Shown here piece by piece: positions 24,109 to 36,925 of a stretch of 64,000 bases of DNA. Positions within the stretch are counted from its first letter, which is position 1. Every line of letters starts with the position of its first letter. The notes under the pieces were generated by a model that made no database searches, had not been told where the DNA came from, and saw only the letters and a program-made list of their open reading frames with translations. A program made the position numbers and the translations under genes. This stretch comes from Fistulifera solaris. Taxonomy: Eukaryota. The stretch covers positions 1,612,001 through 1,676,000 of the forward strand of contig AP026162.1 in assembly GCA_030295235.1 (NCBI GenBank), in the 5' to 3' direction.

Positions 24109-24498
24109 GGTTGATATCAGATTTATGGACAGCTAAGCATGGGCCCGGGCTCTGAAGAATAAACAAGAAGTAGCCTTAAGAAATAATACATACCACAATG
24201 TTTGTCTTAGAGATAAGTCTAGACTATAGCATTTCTTGAGTTTTTTATTTCGTCGCCTATATTATGTCGTATAGCAAACATATTCTTTGACGTCATACAT
24301 CGGACTAAAATTACACGGGATTGAACTCACCGCCAACCATTCTCCTTTAATTTTTTGCCGCGCGCCGCTTTTTCGTTGTTGCATTACGTATTATTTATTC
24401 TTCACCGTGCTCTCAATAACTTTGTTTACAACGTTATAGTAAAGCAAGTACGTTTGCTTGCAATTTTAAAGAAACAATACGGCAACAGAGAAAGAGAA

Positions 24499-24975
24499 AT
24501 GGCGAAATCAATCCGCTCCAAAATTAAGAGAAAACACCGAGCCGAGTTTCGTAGAACAATTGGTTCGGTACGTTTCGACACGGTTGTGAACGGCACTTTG
24601 GCACTTATTGAGTTCTGACATGCGCACACAATAATGATAGGCGGCATATCAGACCCAGATGAGCAATGTACAGGCAAAATTACAACAGAATTTGGAGAAA
24701 CAAACGATGAAATCGATCGACCGATTGTCCGAAACGCTCATGACTAGTCAGAATTCCGATCCAGAAAACGAATCCACCATGGCGGTAGACATTCCAGAGG
24801 CATCGGAATCGAGAGAGAACGAAAGCCGAGTAGATGACTTTCGAGGAGAGAATAAGGCACCAGTGAGCAAGAGGTCACGAAAAAGAAGAATCCGTATCGA
24901 AGCAAAAATGAAGCAAAAGCTGTTGAGTCGGCTAGCACTGAAAAGCGCCGCCCTCGATTTTTCTGCCAATTCTAA
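24499..24975 (+). CDS. LLP/LAPS18-like basic protein; intron 24568-24640; frameshift near 24905
   Basis: N-terminus MAKSIRSKIKRKHRAE typical of LLP homologs; in-frame GT-AG intron. Confidence 0.7.
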
Positions 24976-25116
24976 AAAGTTCTATACTCATTAATGTGCT
25001 ATGGGTGGACAAGGCAATGAGCAAAAGCTTCGTAGTCTATTGATTTTAGCTTGTACGAAGCGCACAGAGAAAGTATTGTTCAAAATTTCTTTCGCTTCAA
25101 AACTGAGTTTTTAATC

Positions 25117-26912
25117 TTACAAGTAATCCTTGAATGTTAGAATCGTTCGGCCGGTTTGGCCCTTTGTTTTCTTCGGATTGTTGGTAGGGGCGGGCTTAAG
25201 CGGGAACGTGACGGCGAAATTTCGTAAGGCTGTCTCGGCGGCGGCGAGAATATCGGGTGGAGTCTTCAATGGATCGACTTGTTGACGAATTGTGACAGGC
25301 TTGACCGACGGATCGAATACACGCTTTACCATAGTTTGATTCCACGATCGATGAAAAGGACTGAACACCATGCCACTATCCAAGCAGCCATCTGGAAGCA
25401 TGAGAGAATCGATCAAATCATCGCATACATTCGATTTTCGGTCATCCGTTTCGTTGATGATATCTGTGAAGGACTCCATACTCAGTTCCCTAACTTCGCC
25501 TGCAAAGGGCGAATGAAGGAACGTTAGCCGCAATGGCGTCTCAAATTCTGGTTCTATCAGTGGTATGAGGGCCCCCACTTGCGGTGAGCCTTTGGAAGTC
25601 TTTTTGAGGGTGCAGATGGCCACTTTCTCCGAACGCTGCAATGCTTGAGCAAGACCCATAATGGCGGCACATGCTTTCTGAGAATCCGCACCGGTAATCA
25701 CATAGGGTGGACCGTACATGTAAATCCGGGGAACTTGATTGGTAGACGCGTAGCCCAGAATCTGCAGTAGTGGTCCTTTCTGTGTAAAATCTTTGAGACC
25801 CTCGTAATCATTATCACCCATTGGAATCAGATCAGAACCATACCGAATGGCGGTAGTGCACTCTTGATCGGGTAATATATCATCCGCTTTCTCATCTTCT
25901 GCAAACTTTTTTATCGTTTTGATCGTATCTGTCACGTCTTGCCCTTCATCGTTCTTGATAATTTGCCCAGTCTCTTCGTCTACCAGAATAAGTTCCTTCT
26001 TCGTTCTTGGATAACTGGCCTTCTTCAAAATGGGAAAGAATCGAACAGGAAAGGACAATCCAGGGGCGATGCGAAAGTCAATCTTTTCCGTACGGACGCA
26101 GTGAGTCGTTTTCCGCGATTGATATCTAAAATCTGTTGAAGGGTTGACGCCGCAATAACTTGACCCCCAGTTTTTTCGGTCAGAGTCACCAACAGCTGTT
26201 CGCGGTTTCTCTTTTCCGTATAATACAGCACCTCATCATCGTTGTCTTCGGGTTCATCCTTGACACTGACGGAATAGGAAGTGCCATCCTCTTCTCGTTT
26301 GATGCGTTTGTTGTCTCCGTTACTCGTCACAGCGCTTGGTAACGGGAGAGGAGCTTCGTACAAGGCAGCCGAGTCTTCATCAAATCCCATCCCGACCACG
26401 ATGATCTGACACTCCATGTCGCGCAATGCATCTACCACGACAAGAAATGGCTTCTTCTGCACGATAAAATTGTGACTGGCGTCTGTAAACACAACAATCT
26501 TGCGTTGAAATTTCAATTTGTGTGTCCTCGTATAGAGCGCATCAGCTGCTAATAAAATTGCTTGTATCACATCGCCCTGTTGTATATCATCGGTATTGTC
26601 GTCGGTTTGAATGCTGGCGATATCCCGCAGTAGCTGAGCGGTCGGGCACTGAATCCCGTCGCAAAGTTCGGTCAAATGCGGAAAGGGAGGTTCCTCCTCG
26701 GCGAGATCGGTACCCGGATCGATTTTGTGATGCGTTGTCGCTTTTGTTTTACAAACGATAACACAAACTTCGTTCGTTTTCGATTGAAGCATGAGATCAC
26801 TGACGCTGTCGATGACGGCTTGCTTCGCACAATCGAGACGCGTCTCTTTTGACGTGTAAAACCGATTCATGGACGACGACGCGTCTATAATGTACACAAC
26901 TGCTTCTTTCAT
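25117..26912 (-). CDS. KU80: Ku80-like NHEJ DNA end-binding protein; frameshift near 26083
   Basis: N-terminal vWA (YIIDASSSM, RKIVVFTD); Ku core RYGSDLIP, LQILG, PFAGEVR. Confidence 0.8.
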
Positions 26913-27022
26913 TGTAATTGGTGAATGAAATGTATTGCGGGAAGAGAAACGGCGTGCTTTGTGTTTTATGGCCGCATTCTCGCGTCATCGTCGAAATAAA
27001 AATCTGTGACAAAAAGGACGTC

Positions 27023-27080
27023 TCATGACTGAAATCCAGTCGTGGAAAGTTCATAGAAAACTTTGGGTCACAGTCAAACC
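27023..27080 (+). repeat. Solo module A copy
   Basis: TCATGACTGAAATCCAGTCGTGG...AAACTTTGGGTCACAGT. Confidence 0.65.
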
Positions 27081-27149
27081 AACGATGATTTTTTTTATTT
27101 TAAAAAAAAAAGGTGCGGTGCATCGCAATCAAAAGCCACAAATGGGAAC

Positions 27150-28950
27150 GCCCAGATTTTCTGGATACTTCAAAACCACTCGCCCAGATTTCCTGGACAA
27201 GCGGATAATTACACCGCACGCCCAGTTTTTCTGGACACCGGGATACACCAATCGCCCAGATTTTTTGGGAACGTGAAGATGCAACTGGTCCAGATTATCT
27301 GGACCACGTGCAAACACCACACGCCCAGATTTCTTGGTGGAACGTGAAAATACAACTGGTCCAGATTTTTTGGACCACGTGTAAACACCATTCGCCCAGA
27401 TTTTCTGGACCGCGTGTAAACACCATCCGCCCAGATTTTCTGGGAACGTGAAAATACAACTGGTCCAGATTTTCTGGACCACGTCTTAACACCACTCTCC
27501 CACACGCCCTCATTTTCTGGAGACGTGAAAAATCACTCCCTCACATTTTCTGGAGACGTGAAATGACCACTCCCCCAGATTTTCTGGGAACGTGAAAATA
27601 CAACTTGTCCAGATTTTCTGGACCATGTGTAAACACCACTCCTCCAGATATTCTGGTACCGTAAAATACAACTGGTCCAGATTTTCTGGAAACCGTTTAA
27701 ATTTATGGGGAAAGTGAAAATACAATTGGTTCAGATTTTCTGGACCACGTGCAAACACCACACTCCCAGATTTCCTGGTGGAACGTGAAAATACAACTGG
27801 TCCAGATTTTCTGGAACACGGGTAAACACGACACCCCCAGATTTCCTGGTGGAGCGTGAAAATACAACTGTTCCAGATTTTCTGGACCACGTGTAAACAC
27901 CATTCGCCCAGATTTTCTGGACCGCGTGTAAACACCATCCGCCCAGATTTTCTGGGAACGTGAAAATACAACTGGTCCAGATTTTCTGGACCACGTCTTA
28001 ACACCACTCTCCCACACGCCCTCATTTTCTGGAGACGTGAAAAATCACTCCCTCACATTTTCTGGAGACGTGAAATGACCACTCCCCCAGATTTTCTGGG
28101 AACGTGAAAAGACAACTTGTCCAGATTTTCTGGACCATGTGTAAACACCACTCCTCCAGATATTCTGGTACCGTAAAATACAACTGGTCCAGATTTTCTG
28201 GAAACCGTTTAAATTCATGGGGAAAGTGAAAATACAATTGGTTCAGATTTTCTGGACCACGTGCAAACACCACACTCCCAGATTTCCTGGTGGAACGTGA
28301 AAATACAACTGGTCCAGATTTTCTGGAACACGGGTAAACACGACACCCCCAGATTTCCTGGTGGAGCGTGAAAATGCAACTGTTCCAGATTTTCTGGACC
28401 ACGTGTAAACACCATTCGCCCAGATTTTCTGGACCGCGTGTAAACACCATCCGCCCAGATTTTCTGGGAACGTGAAAATACAACTGGTCCAGATTTTCTG
28501 GACCACGTCTTAACACCACTCTCCCACACGCCCTCATTTTCTGGAGACGTGAAAAATCACTCCCTCACATTTTCTGGAGACGTGAAATGACCACTCCCCC
28601 AGATTTTCTGGGAACGTGAAAATACAACTTGTCCAGATTTTCTGGACCATGTGTAAACACCACTCCTCCAGATATTCTGGTACCGTAAAATACAACTGGT
28701 CCAGATTTTCTGGAAACCGTTTAAATTAATGGGGAAAGTGAAAATACAATTGGTTCAGATTTTCTGGACCACGTGCAAACACCACACTCCCAGATTTCCT
28801 GGTGGAACGTGAAAATACAACTGGTCCAGATTTTCTGGAACACGGGTAAACACGACACCCCCAGATTTCCTGGTTGAGCGTGAAAATACAACTGTTCCAG
28901 ATTTTCTGGACAGGTTAAAACACCACACTCGTCCCAGTTTTTTTGGACAC
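27150..28950. repeat. Satellite array of ~34 bp subunits with CCAGATTTTCTGG core, organised as a 512-bp higher-order repeat (~3 copies plus degenerate edges)
   Basis: Identical context at 27510, 28022 and 28534; dozens of CCAGA-TTT-TCTGG cores. Confidence 0.97.
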
Positions 28951-29214
28951 GTGATGGTGCAATAGCTGCTGTGGGTTAGTGCAATGCACTAACGACAAAA
29001 GTAGCTTCTTGCCAAGCTAATAGACAACGAAGTTACGTTTGGTAGCTGTCTGGCAAGTAAAGGTCTCGACATCTCTTTTTCCGTCGGAAGTCGCCCAGGC
29101 TTCGTTCATTTATCCCATTAATCATTGTGAACCATAAATCGAAGATAGAACCGGGCGCCGTCGTTTTGTTACTCCGCATGCAAATAAGAGTTCGACAACA
29201 GGACATTACATTGG

Positions 29215-31697
29215 ATGTTCGCGTTCTGGAGGGCACTGAATTTCATTTCATTGTTAGCAGTGACGTTTGCTTTCGCCCATTCGATCACCATGCATCAGGA
29301 TGCACAAGCCTTCAATGAATATGCTTCCGCCGCGGTGGATCTTACGAACGCGCATGTTGACTCGACGGGCTTATTCACGAGTATGTATATGAGAACAGTC
29401 GCGTTGGGAGTCGGCTGTCGACTAACATTCCTTGTTTCATTTGCTTACTCCTGTAGTGACGCGCTCCGTGCGTGATATTGACAATGACAAGACCCGGCGC
29501 TTCCTCTATTCCGGATTTTTCAATGACAACTTTTCTAATCTTCGATTGACGCCCCCTGTGGAATGCCATGATGCCGAAAAGTGGCGTTTGCCGTCCCCTT
29601 CTGGTCGAAAGGTGGCTATTTTGCGGCACGAGAATAACGATGAAACGCAGGTGCTGGAAATATGGCACGATCAATGTTTGAAACGGCGGATTCGCCTGCC
29701 CAAACAGCATGGAAAAGTTATAACAGATCCGGGTGGGTTCGGTCGTCCTTCTTGGAATCGACAAGAGACGTGTCTGGTGTACAGCGCTGAACGAAAACCA
29801 CCAGAAACAGAATCGTTCTTTCAGGATATGGATGACGACAAAACGAAGAAGAAGGAGAGTAGAAGTAACGACGACACGGGAGTAGTACGCGGTGGTCAGA
29901 ATGTATTAGGAGTGGGGAAAATGGAGCATTGGGGCGAAAAATACTCGCAGTACGCTCCTCTATTGGATCTCTATTGTCTTCATGTCGACACGGGCAAAGT
30001 AGGGCAGGTCGAGAATGTACCGGGTGGTGTCGAAGCAACCACTACATTGGGCGGGTTTTCGTTGGGACAAGCTGTCTTCTCTCCGGATGGAGAAACGATT
30101 GTTTACGTCGGATGGAATGCCGGCGGAGAATTGGGAATGCCACGTCGTTTGGGTCTCATCTATTGTCAACAACGCCCCAGCAAGTTGTATTCTTCCTCAG
30201 TACGTCACCTCGTGAATCGCATTTCATTCTCCGAAGCCGAAGTGGACGAGTCAGAGCATCCGGTAGACGATGATTTTACCGTCCTCACGCCGTCGTTTCG
30301 GTTGGCTCGGTCGCCTCGATTCTCACCTGTGCGTGATGATGGCTCTTCAACTCTCGTCTTTTTGGGATGCGAACAAGGCTTTGACACTCATTCTGGGTGC
30401 TGGGCGCTTCACGCTATGCAATACAAAAAAGAATCGGGATTCTCTTCTCCTGTGTGTGTGGTGAATCAAGTCGCAGACCCTCGGAATAGTCGTTCCGAGA
30501 GTGGTGTGGTGGCTGGGCTCAACTTTCCGGGTCTCTTCCTTTTAGAACTTCACAACAACTGCTTTTTTGTCATCGGAGTCGCTGCTTTTAACGACGCAAT
30601 GGGGATCGGTTACAAAGGTCGTTCATGTTTCTCTCGTTGAGGAAAACTCGGTGTCGCTCGTTAGTTTTGATGATGAAGAAGACATTTCTAGCTCAAGTTT
30701 GTTGTGCATAACGCCCGATGGAGGAGCAGTCATCATGAATCAGAACTCCAATCGTCCGGCAACGTTACATTTACTTTCGTCTGCGGCAATTGTTTCTTCG
30801 GCACAAAAAGAGGCATCATGCAGTGTCTCACTTTCGCCAATAGCCGCAACTCGTTTTTCTGGTCTTACTTGCCAGTCACTCAATTTCCACGTGTTGCTGC
30901 AAACTCAAGCATCACCAGATGTTAACGGGGTCAGCTTTGATCTTCCTCTACAAAGTATCCTCCTTCTTCCTGCAGCAAGCGGGACAGAAAAGCCACCTCT
31001 CATTGTAGTACCGCACGGAGGACCTCACTCCGTGTCTACGACTACGTATTTACCTGGTTATGCCTTTCTTTGTGGGCACGGTGGATATGCTATTCTGTTA
31101 GTGAATTATAGAGGATCGACAGGATTCGGTCAGAGTTCTGTTGAATGTCTACCTTCGAATATAGGGACCCTCGATGTTGCTGATATGATTGCGGCCACGG
31201 AAATGATGCGTTCGTCGGGATTGATAGACCCAGAACGCATTGGAATCTGCGGTGGTAGCCATGGCGGATTTTTGACTGCCCACTGTACTTCACAGTATCC
31301 TGACCTTTTCAAGGCTGCTGTATTAAGAAACCCTGTTGTCAACATTCCTTCCATGACAACAGCCACAGACATTCCCGATTGGTGTTTCGTCGAAGCCTGT
31401 GGGTCCTATGATTGGAACGACTATCGACCACCAACGGAAGCCGAGTTGCTCGCTATGAGAAGCAAAAGTCCCATATGTCATGTAGCCAACGTGAAAGCGC
31501 CCACTCTTGTTGTTATTGGATTAAAAGACCTTCGTGTACCAGCGTCGCAGGGTCTCGAATGGTACCACACATTGAGGTCAAAAGGGGTTCCGTCGGAACT
31601 GCTCGTTTACGATACCGATGATCATGCACTGGCGGGGGTCAGGACGGAATCGGATCACTGGCTAAATATCAAGCGATGGTTCGATAAGTATCTTTGA
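29215..31697 (+). CDS. APEH: Acylamino-acid-releasing enzyme (S9C peptidase); intron 29381-29456; frameshift near 30565
   Basis: PHGGPH, VNYRGS, GGSHGG nucleophile, DLRVP, catalytic His region. Confidence 0.9.
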
Positions 31698-31777
31698 CTA
31701 GTGTAAAGTTTTTCCGCTTTTGTCTAAGTTGTAAAAACGGCAATTATCGAATTAACTTAGTAATGACTACTGTAGAT

Positions 31778-32745
31778 TTATTCCATAGCCCCTTTTTCCA
31801 AGACGTCGATCATGTTGAAAACGCGAGGTTCTCCCGAATGAATCTGTTTCGACAAGAATTTGACAGCGTCTGCTGTGCCTTCAGCGTAAATGGTGCGCCC
31901 GGCAACGTTGTGCTGCAGCTGAAATGAGACCGAGCCGTCGGCCGACGTCAAAGTGTACGTGTGGAATGCGTGCCCTTTGATAGCGTCGGGTGGAACACCA
32001 AAAGCCACGGCTTCGTCATCGTCGCGAATCATTTTGATGTCTTCAATTGTAAAGTTGTCGTCTGACGCGAGCTTCTCTATGGATTCGATGACAGCCTTTG
32101 CCGTTCCCGATGTATCGGCTTTCGTCTTTGATGAGACTCTGTCACACTCAATTTGTAACCATCAAAAGCCCCGGGGAACTTGGTCGCCAAATCTTCCAAG
32201 GCAGCCTGCATAGCGACAATTTGCTTCCCCATGTTTGGCGCAATCACGCAGAAATGGCCTTGGACATCTTTCATAAGTTGGTCTCTGTCTCCACCAGTCG
32301 TACCCATGACAAACGGGATTTTCTCCTTAACATAGAACTGTGCATTGCTATTAACAGCCGATGGGTGTGTGTAGTCGATGGCTAGCAAGTTACCCGACGT
32401 CTTAAGACCGGCGATCGACGCCTGTAGCTTCTCTGTTTCTTTACTAGGAATGAGTTTCACGTCTTGTTTTTTCCCTGTGACAGTGTCGAAAACCGAAATA
32501 GTAGAAGGTTCTACATCCGGACCCGTCATGGCAACTGGAGCTAACTTGAGACCCTTCCTTAAACAGGCCTCCGCCGCTGCTGTAGCCATGGGACCGGGCA
32601 AACCGTTCACCATTATAAACGTATCGTCATCCATCGCGTGTAGCGTGGTTATTCTTCGGGCGGATTGTTGTAGGGGCGTAAAAGCATGGCAAGCATGAGT
32701 CCCAAGCACGAATGCCGCTATCAAATGATATAACAAGAATCGCAT
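31778..32745 (-). CDS. dapB: 4-hydroxy-tetrahydrodipicolinate reductase, plastid-targeted; frameshift near 32126
   Basis: VNGLPGPMA, IDYTHP, FVMGTTGG, APNMGKQ, ESHQ(K)TKADTSGTA, GHAFHTY, YAEGT; CHA-FTP targeting motif. Confidence 0.92.
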
Positions 32746-32875
32746 GGAAGATTTGTAAAGGGCTGAAAAGATATAAACCAAAGGTGCGGGGTTGGAAATA
32801 TTGCCACCGTCCATGGTCGCTGATCGACGCATGTGGTCGGCAGTCGGCACGAAAAACGGACAACGGGGAGACAAG

Positions 32876-34466
32876 TGTCGTGGTCTCCGTAAACCAACAC
32901 TTTGAACTATAGTAAAATACGGAAGACAACCTTTTGCAAGTTCGCAAGGCTCTTCGACGTAAATATATTGACGTATAATGACAAAACTGTTGAAGCCTGT
33001 TTCATTGCAACAACGACAATTGAAGCTCAAGACACTGAGCGATCGAACGACTTGTAGGTAACATCCGTCGCTCAAAAGAATATTGATTCATGACTGAAAT
33101 GCAGTCGCGGTCTCCGTAAACCAACACTTTGAACTATAGTAAAATACGGAAGACAACCTTTTGCAAGTTCGCAAGCGCAAGGCTCTTCGACGTAAATATA
33201 TTGACGTATAATGACGAAACTGTTGAAGACTATTTCATTGCAACAACGACAAATACAGCTCAAGAAACTGGGCGATCGAACGACTTGTAGGTAACATCCG
33301 TCGCTCAAAAGAATATTGATTCATGACTGAAATGCAGTCGCGGTCTCCGTAAACAAACACTTTGAACTATAGTAAAATACGGAAGACAACCTTTTGCAAG
33401 TTCGCAAGCGCAAGGCTCTTCGACGTAAATATATTGACGTATAATGACGAAACTGTTGAAGACTGTTTCCTTGTAACAATGACAAATAAAGCTCAAGACA
33501 CTGAGCGATCGAACGACTTGTAGGTAACATCCGTCGCTCAAAAGAATATTGATTCATGACTGAAATGCAGTCGCGGTCTCCGTAAACCAACACTTTGAAC
33601 TATAGTAAAATACGGAAGACAACCTTTTGCAAGTTCGCAAGGCTCTTCGACGTAAATATATTGACGTATAATGACGAAACTGTTGAAGACTATTTCATTG
33701 CAACAATGACAAATACAGCTCAAGAAACTGGGCGATCGAACGACTTGCAGATAACATCCGTCGCTCAAAAGAATATTGATTCATGACTGAAATGCAGTCG
33801 TGGTCTCCGTAAACCAACACTTTGGGACTATAGTAAAATACGGAAGACAACCTTTGCAAGTTCGCAAAGCTCTTCGACGTAAATATATTGACGTATAATG
33901 ACGAAACTGTTGCAGACTATTTCATTGCAACAACGACAAATACAGCTCAAGAAACTGGGCGATCGAACGACTTGCAGATAACATCCGTCGCTCAAAAGAA
34001 TATTGATTCATGACTGAAATGCAGTCGTGGTCTCCGTAAACCAACACTTTGAACTATAGTAAAATACGGAAGACAACCTTTTGCAAGTTCGCAAAGCTCT
34101 TCGACGTAAATATATTGACGTATAATGACGAAACTGTTGAAGACTATTTCATTGCAACAACGACAAATACAGCTCAAGAAACTGGGCGATCGAACGACTT
34201 GCAGATAACATCCGTCGCTCAAAAGAATATTGATTCATGACTGAAATGCAGTCGCGGTCTCCGTAAACCAACACTTTGAACTATAGATAAAATACGGAAG
34301 ACAACCTTTTGCAAGTTCGCAAGCGCAAGGCTCTTCGACGTAAATATATTGACGTATAATGACGAAACTGTTGAAGACTGTTTCCTTGCAACAATGACAA
34401 ATAAAGCTCAAGAAACTGGGCGATCGAACGACTTGTAGGTAACATCCGTCGCTCGAAAGAATATTC
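32876..34466. repeat. Tandem array of 227-233 bp units (module A family), about 7 copies
   Basis: TCATGACTGAAAT at 33088, 33321, 33554, 33781, 34008 and 34235. Confidence 0.97.
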
Positions 34467-34485
34467 ACGAAGTTGCGAAACGCGA

Positions 34486-34540
34486 CGGGAAAGGACGTTA
34501 AAATTCTGCCTCTCAGTACAACTTTCTACGTAGAGCCTAC
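34486..34540 (+). repeat. Truncated copy (left arm and loop) of the 20652 hairpin element
   Basis: CGGGAAAGGACGTTAAAATTCTGCCTCTCAGTA...CTACGTAGAGCCTAC. Confidence 0.8.
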
Positions 34541-34755
34541 TGCTCCTTTTTTGTGTGTTTACTGTTATACGGAGTAATGATTTAAAGGATGTTGCAATGG
34601 ATCAGCTTGACTCCGTTCGCTTAATGTTTTAATCTGGCTGTTGATTAGGCGGTTTCGCATAATGGAACGTTTATACCAGAAAAGAAAATAAATATTACGG
34701 AGTACTTATTAGGCTGCGCAAGTGTTTATCCGTCAACGATATCTAACAAAGAACA

Positions 34756-36567
34756 TTAACGCGACGCGTTAAAACCGTCTACAAAACTGGAACCGCCACC
34801 GCTTACAACAATTTCATCCTCTCCAATATCCAACGTCAGATCAATTTCTTCTTCGTCATCGTCATCGTCAATCTGAAGTATGCTATCTGTGCGTTGTAAC
34901 GGCGGCAATGGAGCAATACCGTGAGACTGGAAATACTTTGTCAGTTGTGTTGGAACTTCTCTCAACGTTTCCGACGTAAGTGATGCGCTGTTGTGTTTGT
35001 GCTTGTTGAACTCGACGAATTGGGCAATATCGCGCTTTCCTGGACCAGCAGCGTCGTCCAAGAACTGCATCGACGAAAAGTCGGCATTTCCCACCCCAAC
35101 AATGACAACAGACAATGGTGAATCGCTTGCTTGGTCCAGACACTGTGCTGTCGCGTGGGGATCAGATACAGCTCCGTCTGTCAAAATGAGAAGCACCGTG
35201 TACGTTTGACTGCCTCTCTGTTGCGCCATGTCAAGGGAGCTTTGTGCTTTTGCAGCAGCCGTTTCAATAACTTCGGTAAAAACAGTGGGACCGCTCATCA
35301 CCAAACCGCTAGCAAATACCTTATGGTAGGCATCGAGAACACCTGAGACCCCTTTGACTTCCTCCTGGGGACCGCACTGGAAGCAGTGACGAACTGCGCC
35401 AGCGTATTTAGCCCCGAATCCGTAAACTGGGAAGCTCTGATCGGAATCATACTTGGCCAGAACACTTACGACAGCTGCAATTGCTTTCTCGTAATCGTTT
35501 CTCTCGCTACTTCGATAATGGAGAGTTCCTGGTTGGCGAGGATCGCCGTTTGAGCCCGTGAAGTCAATAGCGACGATGACATTAATCGTACAGCCTCCAG
35601 CCGTGTAATCTACGAAATTCGGACTGCCACTGGAGACTCCAGTGGACGAAACAGCGGCAACGGGAGCGGCCGCAATACTCGTGTTCTTCATCTGCTCTGC
35701 AACGTCTTCTACTCCAGCTACGCCGCTAACTTCCGCCTTGACAACAGAGATAGATCCGACGGCCTTGCCTTTCTGCAACAAATCGAATGCCGATCCATTC
35801 TTTGCCGCTAGAACAAAACCATTTACAGTCGTCTCAAACTTTCCCATGGCTTTGTGCTTGCCACTGCTCTCGTGGTCGAACACACTGACTTGAATGGGCA
35901 TATCAAAATCACCGTCACACAAGGTACTTAGCTCAATGATTGCCGTTTCCCATGCCGGATTGAGATTGTTCTTGACCACCGGAGAACGGTGTACATTATC
36001 CCAGGTCAATCCACCAGCGTTGCTGACCTTCTTCGACAACTCAAAAAGGGATCTGATTTGCTAAACATCCCTTCGACGTTCTTGAGATTCGTACCCTTGA
36101 GTTGCAAGCGCATCAAACCAGACCCTTGTGCTTTGCGCGCACTCAAAAGACGGTCCCACCTTTGCGAAGTTTTTTCGCTTTCACGTTACCACGTGCTCCG
36201 AGGCACTCTCCGATGTCGAAAACGGCAGATCCCATCCCTTTATTGTCGCCCTTGGTCACTTCGTCAAAGATGTTGACGGCCACTTTGATAGGTGTACCGA
36301 GCTCGTAGTCAATGTAAAAGACTTTCACCCAGTGCTGCAAAATAATAGCATGAGTTACTTCGTAGACGAAATGTTTCGATTTCTTTAATCGGGTATCACT
36401 TACCGGGTTGAGATTGTTCTTGATGACTTCCGTCTTACCCAACACTTTGGGCTGTGTGCCCGGTGTTGTCGCGACTTGTGTCAGGATAGCAAAGGGTCGC
36501 TGGTTCCCTTGAAGGCACCTGCAACATTCTTGAGTTTCAGTGCGTGGACAGAGATTTCGAGTTTCAT
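34756..36567 (-). CDS. Copine (C2-C2-vWA); one intron ~36335-36403; frameshifts near 36491 and 36045
   Basis: SDPF and KNNLNP C2 motifs; AIDFTGSNGDP, GFGA, GPT, LILTDG, VGVG vWA motifs. Confidence 0.9.
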
Positions 36568-36925
36568 CTTCGAGCAATGTTTTCAAAACAAAAGATTACT
36601 GTAATAATTAATGAGGAGAGTTGTGCGTTTTGCGACGTCGCCGTGTCGCTGAAAATTTTTGATCTTTTCGCTTGCAAAACGGCATGAGCGAGGGCGAGAG
36701 GAAGCGGCAAGATCCGACTACTTTTGGGGCGATACAAACGAGTCGTGAGCTCAGCTTCCGTGAAAAGTTAATCCGGTATTGGACTCCACAGCAAGACTCG
36801 ACTAAATCAAAAATAATCAGTCACGAGTCTCAACTTTTCGCTTCAATGTACGTGCACTAAACAAAAACACTACTCTTCATCTTGACAGTTGTCTTTAAAC
36901 TAAAGTTACCATTTCTTCTACTCTA

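Noticed and set aside
27129..28537. Repeat-protein ORFs in the 512-bp array
   Set aside because: The same peptide words appear in all three frames because subunit lengths are not multiples of 3; non-coding.
27150..28950. CRISPR-like array (palindromic repeat plus spacers)
   Set aside because: Spacers are homologous to one another and recur with 512-bp periodicity; eukaryotic context; no cas genes.
33072..34468. 76-78 aa repeated ORFs, and the N-terminal extension of the 32077-33075 ORF
   Set aside because: Derived from the 230-bp repeat with TTG starts; the true dapB start is the ATG at 32745 with a targeting peptide.
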